From NCBI GenBank assembly GCA_963693365.1, contig CAVNZM010000012.1, forward strand, positions 4,888,409-4,952,408: a DNA stretch of 64,000 nucleotides. The letters run 5' to 3'. Shown piece after piece: positions 1 to 13,635 of the stretch. The stretch comes from Amoebidium appalachense. Its lineage: Eukaryota > Protista > Ichthyosporea. The notes beneath the pieces are model-generated. The model ran no database searches and was not told the origin of the DNA. It saw only the letters and a list, made by a program, of their open reading frames with translations. Positions within the stretch are counted from its first letter, which is position 1, and each line of letters opens with the position of its first letter. The position numbers were made by a program, and so were the translations under genes.

Positions 1-135
1 TCGTATCGCAATATAAACGATAAAAACGAAAACCTTGGCGTGTGTGAACTGTGTGTGCAAGCACACACAGGACCGAAAATCACATGTACTCATGTATCAG
101 ATGTGTCTGTACACACCACTTGGTATAACTAGGAG

Positions 136-204
<69 letters not shown>

Positions 205-298
205 CATGGCTACATGAAGAGTATATCTAAACGTGTGCATGTCCATGCACGTACATTAACTCTTATGCCCAGGTTTGTGCTCCGTATACACATGCACA

Positions 299-330
<32 letters not shown>

Positions 331-1496
331 CCCCCCTGCCCTCTCCTCTTCCCAATCACACAAGCACATTCTCCCCCCTTCCTTCTCTCTCTCGTTCTCT
401 TTCTCCCCCTCCCCCCCCCCTCCTCTCCCCTCCCCCCTCTCCACCACCACATGTACGTACACACAAAACAACAGGGCATTCGCGTGCAGAATAGGGAAGT
501 GGGGAGGATGTGAGTGTGTGGGGAGGGGGGGGATGGGGGGGGGGGGGTTAGGAGGGATTGGAGTGGGGGGGGCTCGAGGAAAGAAAGGAAAACTGAAGAG
601 ATTCAATCCCCATACTACAGGCCCAATGGGCTTTTCGGTGCGCCCATTTAGATAAGGGCATTAAAAATTTCCGACCTTACTCCTCTCCCTCTCTCTCTTG
701 TCGTCCTACAATTGGCTACCCTCCTTTCTTGCTTAGCTGATTTTTCCCGGTACAGGCGAAGCCCCGCCTCCCCCTCCCCCCAAACAACAACATAAAAAAA
801 GGAAAGAAGTGAATAAAGAAAAAGGCACAAAAGAAAACCTAGACCCGCCCAAGAAAGAGGGTATGGGCGACATATGTTGAAAGTAGAAATTTTCTGTAAC
901 ATGTACAGCTAAAACCCGGTTGAACGGATGGCTCTAGGGGGACCACCAGCAGCTTCTTCCGGGTCTCCCCCCCCCCCCCCCCCCACAAAAAAAACGTACT
1001 GCCCCCCCCCCCCCCTCCCCCCCCCCCCCCCCACCCCCACTCCCTCCTAACCTCAATCCCCCTCCCCCTTTCCCCTCCTAACCTCAATCCCCTCTCTTCC
1101 CCCTCCTAAGCTCAATCCTCCCCTTCCCCCTCCCCCTCCCCCCCACGGAGCTCAACAACGTGCACACAGTTGACGGATAAACCGTGGTTGTACATTCCCA
1201 CCGATCAATGACTGGTGCCTGCCTTCCCTACTTATTACTGTTTGGTGCATGGCTTACGTCACCCAACTGATGTAGCCATAGCTATAAGTAGAGGCACGTA
1301 CCACTACTCATTCTCCTCCTCCTGCCCCCCTACCCCGTCCCCCCTGACCCCCCCCCCCCCCCCCCCCAGCCTTCCCCCTCTGAACCTCGGACACTAAGTG
1401 TTAGGCACTTGTCCATCCTCACAACAGCAGCTCAGCTCCCATAGATTTAATGTCTTAAAAATAGAAAGTCATTGCCTCATGTTGCCACATGGACCC

Positions 1497-1529
<33 letters not shown>

Positions 1530-1960
1530 TCCCCTTTCCCCCCCTTCTCATAAACACCCAAACGGCTTTACCTCCCACACACCACAACTTGGTACCGTAC
1601 CTAATTAGCACAATTCATGACCTGTTTATAGTTCAACAACTCGCCAAACATAGGCAAATCTGCTAGCGCCAACTCCTCAGAACATCAACCCCCTCCCCAC
1701 TCCCTCCCCTTCCCCCTCCCCCCCCCCCCCCCCACTCCCCCCCCCCCCCCCCCGGGCTTTCCCCGCCCCACCCCCCCCCCCCCCCCCAGCGGACAAAACC
1801 CACCCCACCTTTACAACCATATCCCCCCTTCCCCCCCCCCCCTCCCCCCCCCCCCCCCTCTCCCCTCCCCTCCCCAACTGATTCATAACTCTTTGTCATC
1901 GACAGTGTATCAATAAAAACTTCAGAAACCACCTCTCCCACGAAACATGCCAGATTTTGA

Positions 1961-2771
1961 TCACGTGACGTGCGAATCCTCCACCGTCTCCATCATTGAT
2001 TTGACCGCCGTCCTTTTCGACGCCGAAACCGAGATCCCGGATTCCGATTGGCTAATCGCAAATTTCTGCATGGGAACAGCCAATCCGGCGCCAGCACCAG
2101 ATCTCACGTCCATCGCAACGATTGAACTTTCACGATTGGTCTTTAGGGTGAGAGCGGGAGAAGGCAGGTGCGGGTAATGTGATTGGTTGACTGGATACTG
2201 GGAAAGGTGGGGAGGAGGAGGGTAAGGATTTTTCACGTGTCGGCTGTTATTTACGGCGTCCAATAGAATTTCGCGATGGTGTTGGTGGTGGTGGTGGTGG
2301 TGTGTTGGCTCGTGCACGTGTAGCAGGAGGTGGGTGCCGTAGGGTGTAGGGGGATCGATCGGGAGCATCCGATTGGGCGGGATGCATGACATTGTGTCTC
2401 CCGTGATCTCTGCGAGAATTTGGTCTCTCCAGTTGAGCAGGGACATGACGTCGTCTTTGAGTTCCTGGGGGGGAGGGGGAGGGGGGAGGGGGGTAGGGGG
2501 AGGGATTTGGGTGTGAGTTCCAAGCTATCAATAAACAGCGTTGGTGGTAACTGGTTCGCATGCCAGTGAATGTACTTTTCTGTATGTATAACATTACATA
2601 CATAGACGACTATATACTTACATATACATACACGCGCGCACGCATCCAAACACCTATATAACCCACCCACAGAAAGACACACATGCACCAGTATGCACGG
2701 GCACGCACATGTCTACACACACATGCGCACATGCACACACGTGCGCGCACACACACACACACACATACACA

Positions 2772-2823
<52 letters not shown>

Positions 2824-2856
2824 TGTCCTCTCACACACATCCACACATTGTGACAT

Positions 2857-2922
<66 letters not shown>

Positions 2923-3557
2923 CCACACCCCCACACCCACACACACACATACCTACCTCGTTGACTCTCACCAGTTCACTCACCCGCTGCTCCAGAGTCC
3001 TCATTTCATCCTGCACCCCTCCCAGCCATTAAAGGGGGTTTCGTTTACACCGCTTTATATGCCCCTTCGGGTCAGGCCAAGATGATGTTTGGTGTGCGTT
3101 CCACGAATCACAAAGCGTGAATCGCTTTCGGATCTGACCCGAACCGGGTCTGAAACGAAACACCTTTTATCCACATGCCACCCACTACAGGTTCAACGGG
3201 GGGGGAGGGGGGGGGGGGGGGGGGAGAGGGGGAGGGGGATAGGGTCACGGTCCTGAGAGGAAAGGCAGGAGGATCGGAAAGGGGTGAGTGAGCGTTTTTT
3301 TTTTTTTTTTTTTTTTGGGGGGGGGGGGGGGGGAGGGGAAGGGGGGCTTTTTGTTGTGTGTGTGTGTGGGGGGGGGGGGGGGGGGCTTGCAAGAGGATGA
3401 ACGAAAAATGTTGGGCTGGGGGAGAGGAGGGGGGGGGAGGGGTATATGCCCTTGGTCTCCTTTCAGTCATTCCTAGATAAGAAGAGCAGCAACTTGAAAA
3501 AGCATCAGAAACGGACACGCACACCTAAGCAAACGGACACACAACTAAACACACACA

Positions 3558-3594
<37 letters not shown>

Positions 3595-3957
3595 GCACAC
3601 AGACACACACCGAAACACGCACACACACACGCACACACTGTGAGGCACGCACATCTTTCTTTGCCCTGCACTTCCTTGCAGCCAGCCTGTTTCTTTCCCT
3701 CCTCCCAGTCCTGTAGTCGTATTCGAGGCTGGTGGTGGTGCTTGCTGACCGGTATGCACTCTCAGAACTCATTCCCACTGCAAGAAAAATCCAACAATTT
3801 GTTAGCAACGAATCGCACGGGAAGAGCGCTAGCTTTTGCCCCCCCCCCCCCCCCCCCCCTCCCTCCTCCCCAACCCTAATAACAATCGTATAAGCCATGG
3901 TTTTTGCGCCAGTCCTCCCATAGTAGACTTACTTGCGGTCAATTGCACGAATCTCAT
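1961..3957 (-). CDS. bZIP transcription factor (ATF/Jun/Fos-type basic region), ~235 aa, 4 coding exons
   Basis: Exons 3957-3933, 3777-3653, 3010-2957 and 2464-1961 join in phase at GT-AG sites. They give [16 protein letters not shown] followed by a heptad zipper [29 protein letters not shown] and a His-rich tract. An in-frame TGA directly precedes ATG 3957; ATG 3772 is an alternative start. Confidence 0.85.
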
Positions 3958-4327
3958 TCAAATTTGTGCACCCTGTAGGGCCACTGCCTAAACAAGGACA
4001 TTGCCATAAATAGGCAAAACCACTTATTGCAAATGCTGACACAGCGCAGGAAAAAAAAAGGCTTGCACTAGTGGATATTGATGTCGTCAGCGCTGGGAAT
4101 AAAGTCAAAGTCGTTGCGTACGCTGATTTCTCAGAATGGCCGGACCAAATATTGCTCTGGGGAAAGGAATGAAGCTGACACATGATAGTCACGATTAGTT
4201 ACACAACTGGGATTCCTGTTACCTTATCCCCCCCCCCCCCCCCCCCCACCCCCCCCCTCTCTCGTGGTTGGTGTTTGGTTAAAAAAAAAAAAGAAAAAGA
4301 AAAAAAGCCTTGACCAATGGGGACTCT

Positions 4328-4360
<33 letters not shown>

Positions 4361-4498
4361 GGGGGGGTCCTTGACCTGCCAGAGAGAATTCAAAAAGAAT
4401 GAAAAAAGAAGCTTTCAAGTCCACAGCAAGAAGGGTGATGTGAGTGTGTGTGTATGTGTGTGTGGGGGGGGGGGGAGGAGGGGAGGGAGGCCGGAGGA

Positions 4499-4529
<31 letters not shown>

Positions 4530-4791
4530 AGGGGCTGAAGGCAGTGTAGACATTGTTAAAGGCAATGCGAGTGCGAAAAAGCAAATAAGCGCGTCACGCT
4601 GGCTCATAAGAGCATGTGAGCATCCGAGAGTTAAATTCATATTAAAATGCCTGTATAAAAGGGTACACATACCTGCAATTTCACAGACGTGCAGCTAACC
4701 TGCGATTTAATATTAATGTTGTAAAAAACACCAATTTCAATACAAATATGAACTATAGCTAGGCCCTTGAATCTTGCTGTGAAAAACCAAC

Positions 4792-4824
<33 letters not shown>

Positions 4825-5376
4825 GAGAGACAGAGAAAGAGAGAAAGAGAAAAGAAAGAAACAACGGAGGCTATGGTGAACGGCCGAGTTAAAAGGGAGA
4901 ATGTTTACAATAACAGACAACAGGTAACTTAGTAAAACTCGGTTATGCTACCCGAAGGCTCTTATTCAGAGGCCGATTAAGTTGCTTTAAAGGAACGTTT
5001 TTATTTGCCTTTTCTTTTTCTCTCTCTTTATTCTTCTTTCTTTTTGTTTGTCTAGCTAACATTGTGTTTCGTCTGTCTGGTCTTCGTTTTGTGCTTTTTT
5101 TCCCTGCTACACAATTGTTTTTTGTGAAGGGAAAGGGGCAGTTTATGTGGAGTAATAAACCACCCGCCACACATCACGAAACAGTCGACACTCGACAGCC
5201 GTTAGGCCAACGTTTCCCAGTGCTTACGCCATAGTATTTTAGTTTATTGATTATGCGCACGCACGAAAACACATCAGCAAAAAAGCAGCATAGATATCCA
5301 TCTGTGGGCATGCTATTGCTTGTGCGCGTGCACGTGTCAGGTCACGCGTGCTTACGTGTACGTGCAACGGCGGTTT

Positions 5377-6071
5377 ATAAGTCGACCACCGATCTGAGCC
5401 ACTTTTGTGGCTCGAATGTGGGGTTTGCGTAAGTGCGCTATTTATAGCGCAACACGCACGAACACAAAAAACAAACATAGCAGGCGTGTTCCTCACTGAC
5501 GGTGGTCAAGTAGACACCAAGATTGTGTAGGGTTTTGGAAATTACCATGGCGCATTAGCGCTTGGAAAGTAGCGCACGTGACTGCAAAACGGATTTTTCT
5601 AGCATTTTCTCCATTAATATACACGGTACATGGACTAGAAGGTGCGCAGCACCCCCAAAGGCATATCGAAAACTCAAAGGAGATAGTGTTGGCATGCGAG
5701 TGAAAAAATTTCAAGGCTTTTTGTTGCGTTTTCATCGAGTTCACTATGTAGCGTTTTCAAGGGGTACATTCATCCTCTTCCGGCGGAATCCGGGCCGAAT
5801 TCGATCTGGAAAATGCGAAGAATGCGAAAAAACCACGATACCCCTTGTTGGTTGGTAAGTGCTGGCACCCTCTTTTATTATACCAATCACCTTGGTCCAG
5901 AGACAAAAAAGGCAGAAAACTTCAGCAGCTATTGGGCATGCCGAGAAAGCGCGCGCGACTCTCGACCAGTAAGCTGTAGGGCCCGGGTCACCGGGTGGTC
6001 GTCCGGAACGAGCCACTTTTGTGGCTATTTCGACTGAAATGAGCCACTTATGTGGCTCGCGGTCGACTTAT
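5377..6071. mobile_element. Candidate non-autonomous DNA transposon (MITE), ~700 bp
   Basis: Inverted ends ATAAGTCGACC (5377-5387) and GGTCGACTTAT (6061-6071), each next to a GAGCCAC-N4-GTGGCTC palindrome (5396-5413, 6041-6058), with a third imperfect copy at 6010-6026. The interior has no microsatellites. No clear TSD. Confidence 0.45.
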
Positions 6072-6624
6072 CATTATTGTCGGCGTCGCCTGTTCGTCAA
6101 AAGAAAAAAAAAAAAAAAGAAATTGCACGTGAGACAGTTCTGTATCTTGTGCCGGTAACAAGGTTTCCGTCCTGACTTACGCCTCAAAAAACCGGTTTTA
6201 CGAAAGGGAGCCCCTACGTCACCACGTGTGACTCCCGCCGGGATTTTCAAGGGGTTCGTGTTCGGTGGAATCGTGGCGTCCGGCCGTCAGCTTCGAATAG
6301 ATCTATTGTTTCTCATATATGGTTATTATAAACCCAAATAGATCTATTGCACTCCATATATGGTTATTCAACCATCACCTCCCATGGATGCCGGGCCCGC
6401 ACCCCGGTCCCGGCTGATGCCGGCAAACAAGTAAAGTATAGAGCCGGATTAAGAAAAGAAAGGAGGTCATAAAACAGATAAAGTGGAAGGCAATACCGTA
6501 TGTACATCAGTGGGCCATAGAAAAAACAACAACCAAAAAAAAAAAAGGGAGAAGAAAAAAGAAGAAAAGAAGAAAACCTTTAAAAATTAAAGGGAAAAAG
6601 AGGCCCGCAGCCTCCTCATCCCCT

Positions 6625-6681
<57 letters not shown>

Positions 6682-6912
6682 CCTCCCCGGGGATCCCCCT
6701 CCAACCCAACCCACACAACACACAATCAACAAAAAGGAAGGGACCGGTTTGCAAAGTTGCTCGGATTTTGTTTTTTTTGTTTTTTCTTTGGGGGGGGGGG
6801 GGGGGGGGGGGGGGGAGACACACACGTGGCACACACGGAGATCTCAAGACACACACACACACACACATACAGTGGCACACACACACACACACACACTTCA
6901 CTTTGTGTGTCA

Positions 6913-6945
<33 letters not shown>

Positions 6946-7548
6946 AGCAGACGAGAAATCAAAACATGAAAGCAGGAAGGGAAGGGGACACACATCACCG
7001 GCCAGAGCTGGCACGTACTGACTGTGCCTTAGGTAGGCCTATGTACGAATATATCGACGCTGTCTTTTTTTCAAGGGCAGGTGAGTCACGTGATTAGCCG
7101 CTGTCCGGGTCGCCCGCGTCGACCTTGAAAAATAGGAGCTACCTCAGAAGGTAGCAGCGGCCAGAGGCATTGCTTGCCTGATTGCTTTGTTCTTCGGTTG
7201 ACTGGCCATGGGGGGTTTTTTTTTTTGGGTGCATTTTTCAATTGGTGTGTTCGTGTGTTGGTGTGTTGGTGTGTGAGTGCGTGTGGTGGTGGTAGCGGCG
7301 GCAGCGGTGGGGTTGGTGGTGGTGGTGGTGGCGGCGGTGGTGGTGGTGGTGGGGGAGGAGGAGGGGGGGGGGTTCGTGCCGAGCGCAATTCACATTGTCA
7401 ATGAGTCAGGATCACACATTCTTAATACTTCACTTTTGTTTTGCATTCGAATAAGCAGGTAAATACATACTGGGCAGGCATATTTATCAACCGTTTTTCA
7501 ACACATTCAAAACGGGATATTCTCCCACCACATATCATATACCCATAT

Positions 7549-7605
<57 letters not shown>

Positions 7606-7647
7606 AACCCAAACCACCACCACCACCACCACCACCACCACCACACA

Positions 7648-7691
<44 letters not shown>

Positions 7692-8052
7692 TTCACTGCC
7701 GAATGAATTTCATTTACGCTGATTATAAAACCAAGACTTGACTAAAATCCATTGATATGCCAAAATGACATACGTTCCTGCTGTATACATGTGTGTGCCA
7801 CTGATATTTGTCATGTACGTGTGTGCAAGACTACATGTGCCTGCGTGTGCTAGTGTCTGGGTGTGTGTGAGTGAGTGTGGGATTGTGCGTGGTGGTGGTG
7901 GTGGTGGTGTTGGTGATGGTGGCGGCGGTGGTGTGTGTGTGGGTGTGTGTGTGGGTGGGTGTGTGGGTTAAGGTGGGGGGGATATGGGGGTGGGAAAGGA
8001 AGGAAGGGGGGGGGGAGGAACGGTGGGAATGGGGGTGAGAAAAGGGAGGGAA

Positions 8053-8086
<34 letters not shown>

Positions 8087-8109
8087 GCAGGCAGCTACAT
8101 GTGCTATGA

Positions 8110-9276
8110 CTATTTCTGCCGTTTGGCTAAAAGGGCTGCAAGCTCCTTCCTGGCCTCATCTTCCTTCTCCAGCTTCTCGAGCTGTGCGCGTCATGTCAGT
8201 GTAAGCCGATATTTCTTTCTTTCTTCCTTTTTCTGTTTTCGTTTCCTTTCTTCCTTCCTTTCTTTCTTTCTTTATTCTGCTTCTTTTTTGTTCTTTTTCT
8301 AGTAATATTTCTTTCTTTTCTTTCTTTCTTAATTTCCTTTTTTCTTTCTTTCCAGGGGGGGGGGGGGGGGGGGAGGGGGAGTCGCCTTTGTTCTTCTTGT
8401 TTCTTTTCCTTTTTTCTTTTTTCTTTTTCTTTTTTTCTTTTTTTTTTTTGGGGGGGGGGGGGGGGGGAGGGGGGGGGGGATGCTGATAAACCTCCCTAGG
8501 CACGGATCGCCATGCTAAGGTAGCTCATTGTCGATATCAAATCATTAATATTGACCCCAGCATTAGTACCAGCAATAAAACACAAGGGTGTGTGACAGCG
8601 CCCGATAAAAACGTATTTAAATTGATTCATCGTCGTGTTTCCATGCAATCGGAATATTTGCTCTATATACGAATACAATACGGCGGTCTACCATAATATT
8701 AATAGAAATGGCAGGTGGAGGGGGGTCCTAATGAAATTTCATTCCCACCTGGTTTTTCTCCAGAGGCTTGCCCTCCTTCTGTCTCACCTTCAAATCTTCA
8801 ATGCCCTTTACCCTCTTTTCCGCCTTTCTAATTTCCCTCTCAAGGGGGTCTGTCTCGGGTTTCGGTTCCGCTTTCACTGGGCAGGAAATAATGGTTTAGA
8901 TGGAATAAAAGTGGCGAGTCTCCCATTCATAAAATGTTAAGCAAAAGCATACCGTTCAAAAAAAAATGGCTTTACCAGTGAACAGATGTACACATGCCCC
9001 TCCGGCCCCACAGACACACAAATGATGTTTACTACTATTCGACCAACACATCCCCCCCACTCCCCCCCCCCCCTCCCCCCCCTCCCCCCCCCCCCCCCCC
9101 CCCTCCCCCTTTCCCCAACACAAAGCCATTCTTCATTACCACACAAACTAAGCAATTAACGAAACAGAATGGGAAAAAAAAGAGAGAGAGAAACCCTTAT
9201 GCAAGGCCAAAAACACAATACTGAAAAAACAATGCCCATACCTGCCCCGGCACATTCATCAACAGCTCCATCCCTC

Positions 9277-9349
<73 letters not shown>

Positions 9350-9788
9350 ACACGCAAACACACTGAAACCCCCCCCCCCCCCCCTCCGGCCTACCTTCTT
9401 GCTTTGTCTTTCCTGCCGGTGCCTCCTCTTTTATCAAATCTCCTGCACCCACCATGCCGTCATCTAACCAACACACCAACCATATACAGCAACACCCATA
9501 TTGGTATCCACCAAAAATAGAAACAATTATAATTGAGTACGCCTGCTATCAATCCATGCAATTATTTTTTTGAAGAAAAGAATTAAAATAAACCACTAGC
9601 ACGAATGATAATTGAAATAATGGCATTATAGAAAAACTCAGAGCGCAACTGGGTCATACCATGTCAGCCGTAGTGTGCCTACGTTAGTGCTGTTTCTTTT
9701 TCACCTACCTTAGTTGTGGGTGTTTGTGGGTGTGGGCGTGAGTGTGAGGGAGTGACATTCGTGTACGTGCGCGCATGTGTGTCTGTGT

Positions 9789-9831
<43 letters not shown>

Positions 9832-10248
9832 CGCGCGTGCGCGCGTGTGTGCGTGTATGTGTGTATGTGCGTGTGTGCGCGCGTTGTGTGTATGCACCTG
9901 CGTGCCTGTTGCAGGTTGCGGATGGTGGCGGGGGCGGTGTGTGTGTGTGTGTACCTGCATGTGCGCACGTGCGCACATTACATGTGTACGTGGAAATGCG
10001 GATGTGTGGGAAGGGGGCACAGCAAAGAATCCACTCACTTTGTGGGGTGCTAGCCGTCAGGACCTTAGCAAAGAATGCTGCAGGAATGAACCCATCATAT
10101 CCCTCCGTCAGGATGACGTTGTTTGCTGACCGGTAGAACACCATCCCGTCTGCATACAAACACACACCGAGTCAAGACCCTACAATCTCTAGAAGATATT
10201 TCCCTTCGATACCCCCCTCCCCCCCCCCCCCCCCCCCCCACGCGCGCC

Positions 10249-10280
<32 letters not shown>

Positions 10281-10878
10281 TTCCTGCCTCCTCCTCCCAC
10301 CCCCCTCCCCCCCTTCACGCACACAACCATACACACACACAAACATGAACAACAAGATTCGGCCTTTCCTCTTTCGTAAAAGAAGGAGATATTGACAACA
10401 ATAAGATGCACAATGGTGAGAAATCATTCCAGCCCCCTGCCTCCGCCATCCCCCCCTCTCCCAAAAATAAAATAAAAATAAAAATAAAGAAAGAGGGTAA
10501 TGAACAAGGCCGAGGACTCCCGGCCATATATATATATAACATACACAAATAACAAGATCCATGTACACATAATTACATCCCCTCCCCCCTCCCCCCCCCC
10601 CCCCCCCACACACACACACCCCACCCCCCCCCCCCCCCCCAAAAAAAAACAAACACACACAAAAAAAGACGGAAATGAGAAAAACACAACCACACCCAAA
10701 CACCCACACCATCACACCCACCCACCTACACCTACCCACCGCCCCACCATCCCAATCAACACACCCACAGGAACGATTGTGTACCAACCAACCCCCCCCC
10801 CCCCCCCCCCCCCCCCCCTTCCTCCTCCTCTCCCCCTCCACATACACACACCAAAAAATATGCCAAAAAATACCCCCG

Positions 10879-10918
<40 letters not shown>

Positions 10919-11482
10919 AAGAAGAAGAAGCAAAAGGAGAACAGGGAAAAAAACAAGAACAAAAAAAAAGAAGTAAAAAAATAAAAACGAACAGTAACCG
11001 AAACAGGCGCCCACAGCAACACGACAACCACCATCTCTAATCTCGATCAACCCCATGTGGATCTCATATCAGTCAACCCAATACAATCTCGACCAAACCA
11101 GCAGCACACCCACCCACCAGCCATTGCTTTCTCCACGTCCACGTACACATACAGCTCCGAGCTTTTTCTCATGCCGCTAATCACACCGTCCTTTCCGGGT
11201 AGATCCGGGGCCAAATGTATGTGCTGGCGGTTCATTTTTGACAATCCCTTGGATTTGATTGACCCCCACACGTCCAGGTATGTGCCGTGGATCGCCTGTG
11301 GGATCTCTGCGGAGGATTTGACGACATCCATCTCTACTTCGACGTCCTGTGTGCAGGGTGTAGGTGTAGGTGTGTGTTGTGTGTGTGTGTGTGGGGGGGG
11401 GGGAGGCGTGTATGTGTGTGTGTGTGTGGGGGGGGGGGGGGGGCGTATGTGTGTGTGTGTGGGGGGGGGGGTATGTGTGTGC

Positions 11483-11526
<44 letters not shown>

Positions 11527-11929
11527 TGAGTGGGGGTACAGGGTGGTTTCAAGTGGAATACACTTGATACATCCCCTATAGTGAGGCGTTTAGAACATGC
11601 CCAATCGGTAAACTCAGCTAAAGCTACTCTCAGAATGCACACACACACACACACACTAACCCACACACACATCATACCTCCTTTATTAAATCTTTGCGTA
11701 CACATAAAGAACCTAACACTACTTCAAAGAGAGAGACACAATCATCCTCCAACCCCCCCCCCCCCCCCCCTCCCCCATTTTTTGCGCCCTCCCACTCCCC
11801 CTATTCAAATGCGACATAAACACACATCTTCCGCCACACTAGTATTCCTCCCCCTCCCACCTCCCCCCACCCTCTCCACCCATCCACACATCCCCCCCCC
11901 ACCCCCCCCTTCCCCTCCTTCCCTCCCCC

Positions 11930-11960
<31 letters not shown>

Positions 11961-12451
11961 AAACACACACCTTCCCCCCCGTGTACCCACAACTTACAGC
12001 ACACCTATCCACACACACCTTTAACGAGTGGCCCTGGTTGGCCCGTATCCACAGCTGGCCCTCCTCCTCCCTCAGCAGATATCTCTTCTTGTCGTTGTTT
12101 TCCACCACCGCCTTTAACTCATCAAGGGTGAACCCACGGTACTCACGGTGTGACAGAATGGTAGACACGAGACAGAATCCATCTGCTCTCATGGGGATGT
12201 CTGTGAAAAGAAAAGACGCGGCGGCGATGGTGAGTGAGGTTGAGAGGGTGGCGGTGGTGGTGGGTGGGTGGTGGGGATAAGAGAGAGAGAGAGGGGGGGG
12301 GGGGAGGGAGGGAGGGAGGGAGAGAGAGGGAGAGGGAGAGGGAGAGAGAGAGAAAGTGATTGTGTTTGTGTGTGTATTTGTGTTGGTGTGTGTGTGTGTG
12401 TGTGCGTGTGTGTGTGCCTTTGTTCCTTTGTGTCTTGTGGTTGTGTTAGTG

Positions 12452-12509
<58 letters not shown>

Positions 12510-13343
12510 CGCGCGTGTGCGTGTGTGTGTGCGTCTGTTCCTGTGTATGTGTGTGTGTCTCCCTCCCCCTCCCCCCCCCCCCCCTTTCCCCCCCCTCTCT
12601 GTGTGTTCTGGTGATGGTGGTAGGTACGCTTTACTGTTGTTGTTTTGTGGGGAAACGGTAGAAGGAGAGAGAGGAAGAACATAACAGGAGAGGGGGCATA
12701 ATAAATAGGAAGAGAAAAAAAGGACGCTCAGTAAATAAAGAAGAGCATGAGAAGGAGACTCCCCTCGGGTGAAGGACAACAGCATAGGCCGGTCGGGGGG
12801 GGGTGGGTGGGTGGCGGGTTGGAGGAGGGGGGGGGGGAGAGGGGGTGGAGGGAAGAGGGGTGGGCAGAGCAGGAAGGGAGAAGGGGGGAGAATGACGGGG
12901 GGGGGGTGGCGTGGGGGCGCCCGAGGGGGGGGGGGGGGGAGGGTAAGGATTTGGTCAACGGTGCAGATCTCTAATATAGCCAAGCAAGATTAACGCAAGG
13001 AGGTGCGTTACACACTAAACGGTGGCGCTCACAAGCTCGAGTGCGCTCGTATTCCATAACATCTTGAAGCACACTACGAGCAATGCATAGGTTTGCATGC
13101 TCTCCTACCCCCTTGTCCTCATACATGCACGCCTTGATGCGTGCGTCATCCGCCGCCTGGAAAGGCGAGTACACTATTTGCATGTTTACCAGTGCATGTG
13201 CACGACGCTGTGTGTGTAAGCGTGCGTGTACACTAACCCCCCCTCCCCCCCCTATCCTCCTCCCACCCATCCTCGCCTCCCTCCCATCCCCCATGCATCC
13301 CCCTTCCCCTCCCCACTCCCCCACCTTCCCACTCCCACCCTAA

Positions 13344-13374
<31 letters not shown>

Positions 13375-13378
13375 CACG

Positions 13379-13450
<72 letters not shown>

Positions 13451-13635
13451 TGCACACACACACACAAACACATACACGCAAACACAACCCCCCGCCCACA
13501 TCCACATCCACACACACACGCAGACACACACACACACATACTCTGCTTTGCCGCCGCGTGTCTGAGGGTATATGACAGCTTCTTCGACAGCTGCACGCTG
13601 CGGTCGACGGGACGAGAGGCACCGCGGTAGGCCAT
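8110..13635 (-). CDS. TPT1: tRNA 2'-phosphotransferase (Tpt1/TRPT1/KptA family) with C-terminal coiled-coil extension, ~287 aa, 7 exons
   Basis: Exons 13635-13542, 12200-12019, 11346-11118, 10149-10039, 9442-9395, 8876-8749 and 8181-8110, all phase-compatible GT-AG. Family motifs: [48 protein letters not shown]. The core is certain; the last three exons are inferred. Confidence 0.93.

Noticed and set aside
1-1900. Additional gene downstream of the bZIP
   Set aside because: I could not assemble phase-consistent exons with recognisable protein content.
1947-2177. 76-aa plus-strand ORF
   Set aside because: Antisense shadow of the bZIP last exon with no recognisable motif.
6900-7200. Exon-like complex sequence between poly-G tracts
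   Set aside because: Splice-like sites exist, but there is no consistent reading frame or homology; may be UTR.
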